From: an uncultured Actinomycetota bacterium
GTDB taxonomy: Bacteria; Actinomycetota; Actinomycetes; Propionibacteriales; Nocardioidaceae
DNA length: 64,000 nt
Assembly (NCBI GenBank): GCA_963754155.1
Contig: CAVWEU010000002.1
Location: 3,212-67,211 of the forward strand
Direction of reading: 5' to 3'
The notes beneath the pieces were generated by a model that made no database searches, was not told where the DNA came from, and saw only the letters and a list, made by a program, of their open reading frames with translations. Of the stretch, positions 1 to 9,303 are shown piece after piece; position 1 is the stretch's first letter, and each line of letters starts with the position of its first letter. Made by a program: the position numbers and the translations under genes.

Positions 1-173
1 GGATGCTGGACGGCGTCGCGACCGCCGGCGCCGGCGACTCGTTCGCCGTTCACCGGATTCCTGAGCTGGTCACCGGTCTGGATGTGGCCACTGCGCGGCT
101 GGTCGTCGCCAGCCTCGGTCTCCACGACCTCACGTCCGACAACGCGGACAACTACGGGGCCTCGCATGGGTGA
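1..173 (+). CDS. C-terminal fragment of a possible NuoD/49-kDa-like complex I subunit (5' end outside window)
   Basis: Frame 3 reads ...HRIPELVTGLDVATARLVVASLGLHDLTSDNADNYGASHG, then TGA at 171-173. It overlaps the nuoH start by 8 nt (ATGGGTGA). Only weak resemblance to the LxG..AD..ASLD C-terminus of NuoD-type proteins. Confidence 0.35.
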   Translation, partial: MLDGVATAGAGDSFAVHRIPELVTGLDVATARLVVASLGLHDLTSDNADNYGASHG

Positions 174-1128
174 GTCGTTCGCGGCGGCCCGTGCTGCAGG
201 CCTCGAGTCGTCCGTCGTTCCTGCGGGCTGGGCCTTCGTGGCGCTGCTGATCTTGGGCTGGTTGGCGTTGTTCGCCGCGGCCTTGGACGGCGCGTTGTCA
301 GCGCGCGCGAACGGAACATCAGGCGGCCTGTCTCGGCCGTGGGGGGAGACCGCGCGGCTGCTGCGTCAGCGGCGTCGAACGACGGTGCAGGCGGACAGCC
401 TGCTGTGGCGCGTCGGCGGGTCCGGCCTGCTCGTGACCGCCGCGCTCATGGTGGCGGTGGTGCCGCTGGGGGAGTGGACGATCTTCGACCTCGACGTCGG
501 GGTGATGTGGTTCAACGCGATGGACGTGCTGGTCTGGGCGGCGGTGTGGTTGACCGGATGGGGTGCCAACTCGGCGCATTCGCTGGTCGGCGGCTACCGG
601 TTCCTGGCCCACGGCTTGGGTTATGAGCTGCCGTTGATGTTCGCACTGGTCGCTCCGGCGATCGCTGCAGGAAGTCTCAACGTCGGTCAGGTCGCGGCGG
701 CTCAGGAGGGATGGTGGTTCGCGGTGTGGATGCCGGTGGCCTTCCTGGTCTACCTCCTCGGCGTCGTCGCGTTCTCCGTGAGCGGCCCCTTCGCGCCCGC
801 GCTCGGCGCCGACATCGCCGGCGGCGCCCGAGGTGAGCTGTCCGGTCCTGACCGGCTGGTGTGGGAGGCGGGACGCTACGCACTGCTGGCGGCTGGGGCG
901 GCGTTCGCGGTGCCGATGTTCCTCGGTGGCGGTGCCGGTCCGTTCCTGGCGGGCTGGGCCTGGGTGTTGGTCAAGACGCTGACGGTGCTCGCGGTGGTGG
1001 TGTGGGCCCGCCGACGCCTGGCTGTGCTGCGACCCGACGTCTTCATGGAGTTCGGGTGGTTGGTGCTCCTTCCCGCCGTGCTCGTGCAGGACCTGGTCGT
1101 TGCGGTCGTCGCGGCAGGGAGGGCATGA
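166..1128 (+). CDS. nuoH: NADH-quinone oxidoreductase subunit H-like
   Basis: ORF 82..1128 carries ND1/NuoH-like segments WFNAMDVLVW and GGYRFLAHGLGYELPLMFALV and is multi-TM. Start chosen at ATG 166, which overlaps the upstream stop. Confidence 0.8.
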   Translation: MGESFAAARAAGLESSVVPAGWAFVALLILGWLALFAAALDGALSARANGTSGGLSRPWGETARLLRQRRRTTVQADSLLWRVGGSGLLVTAALMVAVVPLGEWTIFDLDVGVMWFNAMDVLVWAAVWLTGWGANSAHSLVGGYRFLAHGLGYELPLMFALVAPAIAAGSLNVGQVAAAQEGWWFAVWMPVAFLVYLLGVVAFSVSGPFAPALGADIAGGARGELSGPDRLVWEAGRYALLAAGAAFAVPMFLGGGAGPFLAGWAWVLVKTLTVLAVVVWARRRLAVLRPDVFMEFGWLVLLPAVLVQDLVVAVVAAGRA

Positions 1129-1694
1129 GCATGATGGTCGACATCGCATTCTGGGGACTCGGCCTGGTCGCCGTCCTTGCCGGAGCAGCTGTCTTCTTCG
1201 TCGATTCGATGGCGCGCGCGACCTACGCACTCGCCCTGTCGTTCGTCGCGGTCGGCGTGCTCGTCCTGTTCCTGCAACAGAACTACGTCGGCGTGGTGAC
1301 CATCCTGATGATGGTGATGGAGATGGCCATCATGGCGGTCTACATGGTGATGTTCATGGGGATGAACCCGGCGCTGATGCCGATGAGCATGGTGCACAGC
1401 AACAAGTCTGCGCTTGCGGTCGCGGCGGGCACGTTCGCCGTACTGGCGGCTGGCATCCTCCTCATCGACTGGCCGGAGCGGCGTGGCAGCCCGCCGGTGG
1501 ACGTCACGGCGGCCCTGGGTGAGGAGCTGATGGGACCGAAGATGTTGGTGATGGCGGTGATCAGCCCGGTCATGGTCGCCACGATCGTGGCGGGAGTGGC
1601 ACTGGCCGCGCACCGGACCCGATACGACCGGTTCGGCGACGATCTGAAGCGCGACCGGGCCGACGATCCTCAGCCGGGGGGTGTGGGTCGGTGA
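1125..1694 (+). CDS. nuoJ: NADH-quinone oxidoreductase subunit J-like
   Basis: In-frame ATG 1125 inside ORF 861..1694, with an ATGA overlap on the nuoH stop. Hydrophobic ND6/NuoJ-like protein MSMMVDIAFWGLGLVAVLAGAAVFF... Confidence 0.7.
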   Translation: MSMMVDIAFWGLGLVAVLAGAAVFFVDSMARATYALALSFVAVGVLVLFLQQNYVGVVTILMMVMEMAIMAVYMVMFMGMNPALMPMSMVHSNKSALAVAAGTFAVLAAGILLIDWPERRGSPPVDVTAALGEELMGPKMLVMAVISPVMVATIVAGVALAAHRTRYDRFGDDLKRDRADDPQPGGVGR

Positions 1695-1993
1695 CGCTTG
1701 ACGGCACCCTGCTCATCGCCGCGGCGATCTTCGCCGTCGGACTCTACGGCGCGATCTCCCAGCAGGTCGTGGTGATGGTGATGATGGGCCTGGAGCTGAT
1801 GATCAACGCCGTCATCCTGGCGGCCGGGGGCTTCTGGTGGTTCACCGCACCACACCCGACCGGTCAGGTGCTGTTGTTGGTGATCATCGCCGTGATGACC
1901 CTGGAGATGGCCATGGGCTTCGCGGTCGCCACGCTGCTGCACCGCGAACGTGGGTCAGACATGACCGACATGGCGACGGATCTGTCGGGGTGA
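1691..1993 (+). CDS. nuoK: NADH-quinone oxidoreductase subunit K
   Basis: 100 aa with three TM segments. GLELMINAVIL and MTLEMAMGFAV are typical of NuoK/ND4L. The GTG start overlaps the nuoJ stop (GTGA). Confidence 0.85.
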   Translation: MTLDGTLLIAAAIFAVGLYGAISQQVVVMVMMGLELMINAVILAAGGFWWFTAPHPTGQVLLLVIIAVMTLEMAMGFAVATLLHRERGSDMTDMATDLSG

Positions 1994-2000
1994 GCCGCCA

Positions 2001-3939
2001 GTGATCCCCGTGACCGAGGCAGCGCTGTGGGTCCTCGTCGTGCTCCCGACCGTGGTCGGCGGTGCGCTGGCACTGTCGCGCCTCGACCGCGCCGCTGCCC
2101 TCATCTCGCTGGCCACCGCCAGTGTCACCGCAGGTCTGGCGGTCGTGGTGGCACTGGCCCGTCCGGCGGTGTCGGTGCGGTTCATGGCCGGCAGCGACTT
2201 CGCGCTCGGGGTGGACGCGCTCTCGGCGTTGATGGTGCCGATGGTCGCCGTGGTCACGTTGCTGGTGCTCGTCTTCTCCGCCGGCGAGATCGGTCGAGGC
2301 GCAGGGGCGGTTCCACGGGCTGATGCTGCTGTTCGCTGCGGCCGCCCTGGTGACCGCCACGGCACAGACCCTGCCTGCGCTGCTGTTCGCGTGGGAGGTG
2401 ATGGGCGCGACGTCGTTCGCGCTGATCGGCTTCTGGTGGCGCGCCGACCAACGCGTATCGGCCGGGGTGACCGCGTTCGTGACCACGCGAGCGGGCGACC
2501 TCGGAATGTACGTCGCCGCGGGAGCGGCTTTGGCGGGGGGCGCCGGACTGGGCTTGGCAGACCTGTCGGCGAGCAGCGGCGGCTGGCGGCACGTGATCGC
2601 GGGCGGTCTGCTGATCGCGGCGCTGGGCAAGGCCGCGCAGCTGCCCTTCTCGTTCTGGCTGTCGCAGGCCATGGAGGGCCCTAGCCCGGTGTCGGCGCTG
2701 CTGCACTCCGCGGCGATGGTCGCGATGGGCGGATACCTCCTGCTCCGCGTTCAGCCGCTGCTGGCTGCGACCGGCTGGGCTGCGACTGCGGCGGCGTGGG
2801 TCGGCGCGGCGACCGCCCTGCTGCTGGGAGCGGTCGCGCTGGCACAGCGCGACCTCAAGCAGCTGCTGGCCGCGTCCACCTCAGCCCAGCTGGGGTTCGT
2901 CGTGATGGCCGCGGGCCTGGGGTCGGTGAGCGGAGGAGCCACACACCTGCTCGCTCATGCCTCGACCAAGGCGCTGCTCTTCCTTGCCGCCGGTGCGTGG
3001 CTCACTGCTCTCGGCACCAAGCGCCTGACCGGTCTTCGTGGTGTCGCGGGGCGCTGGAGACTTCTCGGAGTCGCAGCGACACTGGGTGCGCTGTCGTTGG
3101 CCGGTGTCGCGCCTCTGGCCTTGTGGGCCACCAAGGATGCCGTCCTGGCGGCGGCGCTGCAGGAGTCACCCGGGCTGTACGTCGTCGGTCTTGCCGCCGC
3201 GGCGCTCTCGGCCGGGTACGCAGCCAAGGTCGTCGTGGTCGTGTGGCGGCCCGTCCCGGCTGCGGATCGGGTCATGACGGAGGCCCACCACGACGAGGAG
3301 CAGCACGGCACCCGACACGTCGGTCCGCTCGAGCAGGCCCCGCTCGTCGTACTCGCGCTCGGCGCGCTGACCCTGGGCGGGCTCGCGCTTCCTCCGCTCG
3401 GCGACCAGCTCGCTCGTGGGCTTGGAGAAGCCCCGACCCACGTGGCGCCGCTCGAGCTCACTGTCTCGGCAGTGATCGCCCTGGCCGCGCTGGCGCTGGT
3501 GTGGTGGCGTCCTCGTGTCCCTGAGCCTCGCTGGGCGCTGGGCTGGCTCGGTCTGGAACGCGGCGCACATGCTGTCGTCGTACGCCCGACGTTGTGGTTG
3601 TCCCAACGGCTCGCCGACTTCGACGACCGCGTGCTCGACCGGGCTCTCACCCGGTCGGGATCGGGTGTCGTCTCTGCCGCCCGACGCGCCGCGACCTTCG
3701 ACGACCAGGTGCTCGACCGGGGCGTCGGAGCGCTCTCTCGGACATCCCTGCGCGTTGCAGAACGCAGCGCAGCCGGCGACGACCGGTGGGTCGACGGAGG
3801 GGTCGAGCGCACCGCCGGCTGGGCGCGCAGCCTGGGCCGACTGGCCCGGCAGCCGCAGACCGGTCAGCTGCACCACTACTACATCCAGGCCGTCGCGGTG
3901 CTCGCGATCGGTGTCCTTCTCCTGCTCACGGTGAGGTGA
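2001..3939 (+). pseudogene. nuoL: NADH-quinone oxidoreductase subunit L, interrupted by a +1 frameshift near 2304-2307
   Basis: ORF 2001..2684 gives the NuoL N-terminus up to ...VFSAGEIGRGAG. ORF 2323..3939, whose open frame extends back to 2308, continues RFHGLMLLFAAAALVTATAQTLPALLFAWEVMGATSFALIGFWW. The two join if one G is removed from the GGGG run at 2304-2307. Total length is 1938+1 nt, about 645 aa. Confidence 0.85.
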
Positions 3940-5432
3940 ACGTGCTCAGCCTGATCGTCTTCCTGCCACTGATCGCAGCTTTGGTGCTGCTGGGGTTGCC
4001 GCGGCTCGACGACCGCGCCGTCCGGTGGTCATGGGTGGCGGTAGCGGTCATCGACCTCGCACTGGTCATCATCGTGTGGGCGCGCTACGAGACCCCGGCT
4101 CCGGGGCGGTTGGCGTTCGACGAGCAGGTCGCGTGGATCCCCGGCGTCGACAGCAGCTATCACGTCGGGGTCGACGGCCTGTCCCTGCCGATGGTCGCGA
4201 TGACCACGGTGATCTTCCTGGCGTGCGCGATCTACGCGCTCCGGGAGACCGATCGACCGCGCCTGCAGGCCGCCCTGTTCCTGTTCTTGCAGTCGGTGAG
4301 CTTGGGATTGTTCGTCTCCGCCGACCTGATCGTGTTCTTCGTCTTCTTCGACCTGTCCATCGTCGCCATGTACTTCGTCATTGCCGGCTGGGGGCACGGC
4401 GACGCCGGCCGCTCCGCCCTGAAGTTCTTCCTCTACACCTTCCTCGGCTCGCTGGCCCTGCTGGTCGGCTTCATCGGCCTCTACATCGCCGCCGACCCCC
4501 ACACCTTCGACATGGTCGAGCTGTCCGAGCAGACACCCTTGGCAGGCTCCTCGCCGGCCGGCGGCCTGGTGCTTGCCGCGATCCTCCTGGGTCTGGCCGT
4601 GAAGACCCCCACCGTCCCGTTCCACACCTGGCTCCCACCCGCACACACCGACGCACCAGCCATCGGCTCGGCGGTGCTGGCCGGGGTGCTGCTGAAGATG
4701 GGCACCTACGGCTTCGTGCGGATCGCGATGCCGATGCTCCCGGACGCGTGGCGGGCATGGGCCGGGGTCATCGTCGCCGTGGGGATCGTCTCGGTCGTCT
4801 ACGGCGCGCTGGTCGCCCTGGCCCAGACCGACCTCAAACGCATGATCGCCTACACCTCGGTCAACCACATGGGGTACGTCGCGCTCGCTGTCGGCGCCGC
4901 CGGCCTCATAGCAGGCGACACCGCCGACGCGCGCTCGATCGCGGTCACAGGCGCGGTCACGCAAATGGTCAGCCACGGCCTGATCACCGGTGCGCTGTTC
5001 CTGCTCGCCGGCGTCCTGCAGGACCGCGCACGCAGCTACGACATGGGCTCCTTCGGCGGGCTGGCGGCGCCAGCGCCGCGGTTCGCGGCACTGTTCGCCG
5101 TCGGCGCCTTCGCCTCACTGGGGCTTCCCGGGTTCTCCGGGTTCATCGCCGAGTTTCAGATCTTCACGGGCAGCATCGCCGCAGCGCCGGTCACCGCCGT
5201 CGCCGTGCTCGGCATCCTGATCACCGCGGCGCTGTTCCTGCGAGCCCTGCAACGGATCTTCACCGGGCAGACCCGCGGCCACTCCGCCGGCTTCGACGAC
5301 CTGCGCCCACCCGAGCTCTGGTCGGCTGGGTCCTTGTTGCTGCTGTCCTTGCTGATCGGGGTGTTCCCCCGGCCACTGCTCGACGTCATCGAACCGGCGT
5401 CCGAGGTGCTCATCGACCTCGTGGGGCGGTAG
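3936..5432 (+). CDS. nuoM: NADH-quinone oxidoreductase subunit M
   Basis: GTG 3936 overlaps the nuoL stop. Contains NuoM/ND4 motif TPTVPFHTWLPPAHTDAPAIGSAVLAGVLLKMGTYGF. About 498 aa. Confidence 0.85.
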   Translation: MNVLSLIVFLPLIAALVLLGLPRLDDRAVRWSWVAVAVIDLALVIIVWARYETPAPGRLAFDEQVAWIPGVDSSYHVGVDGLSLPMVAMTTVIFLACAIYALRETDRPRLQAALFLFLQSVSLGLFVSADLIVFFVFFDLSIVAMYFVIAGWGHGDAGRSALKFFLYTFLGSLALLVGFIGLYIAADPHTFDMVELSEQTPLAGSSPAGGLVLAAILLGLAVKTPTVPFHTWLPPAHTDAPAIGSAVLAGVLLKMGTYGFVRIAMPMLPDAWRAWAGVIVAVGIVSVVYGALVALAQTDLKRMIAYTSVNHMGYVALAVGAAGLIAGDTADARSIAVTGAVTQMVSHGLITGALFLLAGVLQDRARSYDMGSFGGLAAPAPRFAALFAVGAFASLGLPGFSGFIAEFQIFTGSIAAAPVTAVAVLGILITAALFLRALQRIFTGQTRGHSAGFDDLRPPELWSAGSLLLLSLLIGVFPRPLLDVIEPASEVLIDLVGR

Positions 5433-5438
5433 CGGGCG

Positions 5439-6869
5439 GTGGGTGCCATGGGCATGCGACCGATGTTGCTCCTGCCGGAGATCCTGCTGTTCGTCGGTGG
5501 ACTCGTAGCGCTCATCAGCGGATCCTTCCTCGCTCGTGACCGCCAGTGGGTCACCCGGGTCGTGGCGACGGTGGCGCTCGTGGCCGCGGCGGCTGCCGCC
5601 GCGTGGAGCCTGTTCGGGACTGCGGAGATGGCGATGGAGGGCACCTTCACCGTCGACGTCACCACCGGGGTCGCGCGGCTCGTGGCCGCCGTCGGTGTCC
5701 TCGTCGTCCTGGCCCTGGCCTCGGATGAGATCGCGGGCTCGCCGCGGGAGAGCGAGACCTATGCGCTGATGCTGTTCTCCACGACAGGCACGCTCATCCT
5801 GGCCGGCGCCGACGACCTGCTGGTGGTGGTCGTCGGGTTCCTGCTGGCCAGCATCCCGCTGTACGGGCTGATCGGCCTCGCGCGCACACCGGCCGGTGCG
5901 GAGGCGGCGATGAAGACCTACCTGCTGGGGGCGTTGTTCGGCATCCTCCTGCTGCTCGGCGTGACGATTCTCTACGGCGTCACGGCGACGACGTCGTACG
6001 CAGCTCTGGGTGACCGGCTCGCGGACGCGCCCGCAGGCGCAGCGGCCGCTGGTGTCGTGGCGATCCTGGCTGGATTGATGTTCAAGGCCGGCGGCGTGCC
6101 GGGACACTTCTGGGTCCCGGATGCCGCCCAGGGCGCCGGCGGAGCAGTCGCGGCGTTCCTCACCACGATCCCCAAGATCGGCGCCATCCTCGCGGCCTAC
6201 CGACTCGTCGCGATGCTGCCCGACACCCTGGGGTGGCCGCTCCTGGTCGGGGCCCTGGCGGTGGCCAGCATGACCCTCGGCAACCTGGCCGCCTACTGGC
6301 AGACCGACCCCCGACGCCTGCTCGGCTGGTCCACCGTCAGCCAGGTCGGCTACCTCCTGGTGCCGGTGGCAGTGGCGGGCCGCAGTGACCTCGCGCTTCC
6401 ATCGCTGCTGGTGTACCTGGCCGGCTACACCGTGACGAATCTGTCGGCGTTCGCCTGCACCACAGCCTTCCCCGACCGCCGGGACCTGGACTCCTACCGA
6501 GGAGTGGGTCGCGCCCACCCCTGGCTCGGCGTCTCCCTGGTCGTCGCGCTTCTGGGGCTCGTCGGGACCCCGCCGACCGTGGTGTTCGTCGGCAAGCTCA
6601 CGACCACCGCGGCCGCTTGGGAGGCAGGACTGGCGTGGCTCGCGGTCGCGGTCTTCGTCAACACCGTGGCCAGCCTGTTCTACTACCTGCGCTGGATCGC
6701 CCCGGTCTACGGCCACGTCAACCCCGGAGGCTCTGGCGTCCCGGACGACGTCGATAACGCGGCGCTCGCCGGTCCGAGGAGATACTCGGCGTCGGCAGCA
6801 GTCGTCACTGCAACGCTCAGCGTTGTGATCGGCCTGGGTGCGGGACTGCTGTGGCAGGCCATCACCTGA
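5439..6869 (+). CDS. nuoN: NADH-quinone oxidoreductase subunit N
   Basis: 476-aa polytopic ORF with FKAGGVPGHFWVPDAAQGAGGAVAAFLTTIPKIG, typical of NuoN/ND2. Confidence 0.8.
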   Translation: MGAMGMRPMLLLPEILLFVGGLVALISGSFLARDRQWVTRVVATVALVAAAAAAAWSLFGTAEMAMEGTFTVDVTTGVARLVAAVGVLVVLALASDEIAGSPRESETYALMLFSTTGTLILAGADDLLVVVVGFLLASIPLYGLIGLARTPAGAEAAMKTYLLGALFGILLLLGVTILYGVTATTSYAALGDRLADAPAGAAAAGVVAILAGLMFKAGGVPGHFWVPDAAQGAGGAVAAFLTTIPKIGAILAAYRLVAMLPDTLGWPLLVGALAVASMTLGNLAAYWQTDPRRLLGWSTVSQVGYLLVPVAVAGRSDLALPSLLVYLAGYTVTNLSAFACTTAFPDRRDLDSYRGVGRAHPWLGVSLVVALLGLVGTPPTVVFVGKLTTTAAAWEAGLAWLAVAVFVNTVASLFYYLRWIAPVYGHVNPGGSGVPDDVDNAALAGPRRYSASAAVVTATLSVVIGLGAGLLWQAIT

Positions 6870-6969
6870 GCATGGGTAGCTGTGCACCATCCGCGGCGAC
6901 CGTGCGTACTGCTCCAATGTCGTCGGGCGGAACCGGCCGCTCGACCGGCCGCCCGTACTATCGAGGCTG

Positions 6970-7551
6970 ATGAGCACCGTTCGGACGACCGCCCACCGCG
7001 CCCGCAGGTCACTGCGCGTACGTGTGGCAGCGCTGGTGTCGCGCTCGGGCGGGGGAGTGGACCACCGCAGGGCGCTCGGAGCCCTCGTAGCCGTCCTGGT
7101 CCTGGGCATCCTCGGCATGCACGCCCTGGCCAGCCATGGCACCCCGGCCACCGCCGACTCCTCGGCCGGCATGACGAGCATGATCGGCATGGAGGGCCGG
7201 ATGGCTGGCGGCGGTGCAGCTGGCCAGCCAGGTGACTCGTTCCGGGTACACGTCAACCAGACGGACGAGGCCGGCGTCCAGGCCGGCACGGCCCCCGGAC
7301 AGACGTCCGGCCAACCCTCGGCTCACGGTCCGGGCTCGGGGCATGGCCCCGACGGGGGAATGAGCATGCTGATGCTGTGCGCCTTCATTCTCACCGTTGC
7401 GCTCACACTGCTGGTGTTGGCGGTCGTCGGCATGCGCCGGCTGCGGTTGCCGGCCGCGTTCTGGCCAGCCGGCGAGCCCGACAAGATCCTGCGGTGGGCG
7501 CGGGGCACCGGTCCACCCTACGAGTGGCAGTTCTCGCTCATCAGGTGCTGA
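6970..7551 (+). CDS. DUF6153-like membrane protein, Met/His-rich (putative copper-associated)
   Basis: The N-terminal TM ends in the LGILGMHALASHG motif typical of DUF6153. Met/His-rich middle (MTSMIGMEGRM, HGPGSGHGPDGGMSMLMLC). C-terminal TM. Sits next to a DUF305 gene. Confidence 0.6.
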   Translation: MSTVRTTAHRARRSLRVRVAALVSRSGGGVDHRRALGALVAVLVLGILGMHALASHGTPATADSSAGMTSMIGMEGRMAGGGAAGQPGDSFRVHVNQTDEAGVQAGTAPGQTSGQPSAHGPGSGHGPDGGMSMLMLCAFILTVALTLLVLAVVGMRRLRLPAAFWPAGEPDKILRWARGTGPPYEWQFSLIRC

Positions 7552-7570
7552 CGGGCCCTGCGGCCACCTG

Positions 7571-7596
7571 CGGCACGCCGCCTCGACGGCGTGCCG
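7571..7596 (+). terminator. GC-rich hairpin after the DUF6153-like gene
   Basis: CGGCACGCCG-cctcga-CGGCGTGCCG: a perfect 10-bp stem 20 nt after the stop at 7551. No U-tract. Confidence 0.35.
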
Positions 7597-7645
7597 GCCG
7601 GGTGTCGCCGCTGCCTGCCCACACCACACCGACCAGGAGAACCTC

Positions 7646-8287
7646 ATGCACACCCAGCCCAAGACCTGCACACGCGTGCTGAGCGCGCTCGCGCTCAGTC
7701 TCGCTCTCGGCGGCGTCCTCGCCGCCTGCGGCGACGACACCGACCCTGCCGAGACCGCTCGGATCAGCACGACCGAGCACAACGCCGCCGACGTCGCCTT
7801 TGCCAGCGACATGATCCAGCACCACGCCCAAGCGTTGTCGATGGTTGACCTCACCCTCGACCGCGACCTCGATCCGGACGTCCAAGGGCTCGCCGAAGAC
7901 ATTCGCGCCGCTCAGGGTCCCGAGATCGAGACCATGGCCGACTGGCTCACCACGTGGGGCGAAGACGTCCCCGAGACGATGCGCGACCACGTCAACTCCG
8001 GCCACGACCCGGGTGAGATGTCCGAGAGCATGGAGGGCATGGACGACGGGGACGAGATGCCCGGGATGATGACGGCCGACGACATGAGCGCCCTCGAGGA
8101 CGCCTCCGATGCCGATTTTCAGGACATGTGGCTCCAGATGATGATCGAGCACCACGAAGGTGCGGTCGAGATGGCCGGGACCGAGCAGGAAGACGGCCAG
8201 TTCAAGGACGCCGTCGACCTCGCGGGCCAGATCGTCGACAGCCAGACCCAGGAGATCGACACCATGAAGAGTCTTCTCGACTCCTGA
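7646..8287 (+). CDS. DUF305 domain lipoprotein (putative copper-binding)
   Basis: ATG 7646 is preceded by AGGAGA. Lipobox LAAC. Two DUF305 halves (DVAFASDMIQHHAQAL and DMWLQMMIEHHEGAVEMA) are separated by a Met/Asp-rich insert. Confidence 0.8.
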   Translation: MHTQPKTCTRVLSALALSLALGGVLAACGDDTDPAETARISTTEHNAADVAFASDMIQHHAQALSMVDLTLDRDLDPDVQGLAEDIRAAQGPEIETMADWLTTWGEDVPETMRDHVNSGHDPGEMSESMEGMDDGDEMPGMMTADDMSALEDASDADFQDMWLQMMIEHHEGAVEMAGTEQEDGQFKDAVDLAGQIVDSQTQEIDTMKSLLDS

Positions 8288-8396
8288 GCACGCCCCAGCG
8301 GACGTCACCGGCAACGGTGGCGGCCGCGCGGCACTCGTGCGCCTGCCCCTTTCCCTCGACCGCCGACGCCCCGGCCCTCACTCCGGAGACGACTTC

Positions 8397-8966
8397 ATGC
8401 AGCTCCCCGGCCTCACCGCCGCCACCCTGACAGCGCTCACCCTGACTCTCGTCGGCTGTAGCACCGACCCGGCCCCCGACAGCTCGGCCGGCTCGAGCTC
8501 GCCCAGCGCCGCCGACTCGGCAGACGTCGAGCCCGACGACACGTCCGGCCCACCCTGGGCTGCTCCCACCGACGTTCCGGTCAGGGTCGCCGCGGCTGGC
8601 CTCGACCTCGGTCCGATGGGCACTGCCGAGCACTACCACCCTCGCCTGAGCATCGTCATCGACGGACAACAGGTGCCCGTCGCGCCCAACATCGGCGTCG
8701 ACCCCAGCACGGGGGCCATGTCCGCAGTTCACACCCACGAAGGCGACGGCACCATCCACATCGAAGCCGACACCGTCGGAGAGAGGTTCACCCTCGGCCA
8801 GTTGTTCACCCAGTGGGGCGTAGCCCTCACCTCCACCCAGATCGGCGGAGTCAGCGCAGCACCCGGTGAGAAGGTCAAGGTGACCAGCAACGGCATCCCG
8901 GTGCCCGGCGACCCCGCCGACCTCCAGCTCGAGCCCGACCAGCAGATCGAGCTGAGGCTCCCATGA
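8397..8966 (+). CDS. Lipoprotein of unknown function with an HTH-x5-IH-x-E motif
   Basis: Internal ATG 8397 of ORF 8337..8966. Lipobox LVGC. Conserved-looking core EHYHPRLSIVIDGQQVPV...AVHTHEGDGTIHIEAD. Confidence 0.6.
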   Translation: MQLPGLTAATLTALTLTLVGCSTDPAPDSSAGSSSPSAADSADVEPDDTSGPPWAAPTDVPVRVAAAGLDLGPMGTAEHYHPRLSIVIDGQQVPVAPNIGVDPSTGAMSAVHTHEGDGTIHIEADTVGERFTLGQLFTQWGVALTSTQIGGVSAAPGEKVKVTSNGIPVPGDPADLQLEPDQQIELRLP

Positions 8967-9303
8967 AGCATGTCCCAGGGGGCGCCGCTGAGCCGGGTAA
9001 CGCCGGACCGAACCTCAAGTCTCCATCTGGGTCGTGAGCTGCACGGCCTGTCGATCGGTTGACTGGAACTGCGAGTGGGTGACACCGACGCGCTAGGCCG
9101 CGTTCGGCTCCTCGGTCGCTGAAACGCCGTGAGAGCCCCAGCGCACAGAGGCTGACCTGGACGACAGCCACGCCCACCAGGGGCAGGGAGCCCAGCAACG
9201 CGACCGCGTGCAGACGACGTGCGGATATCGACGTGGCGCGGAAGTCGGTGATGGTCATGTGGAGTCCGGTTCGTGATGGGTGGTCGCCGGGGTCGGTCAG
9301 TGG

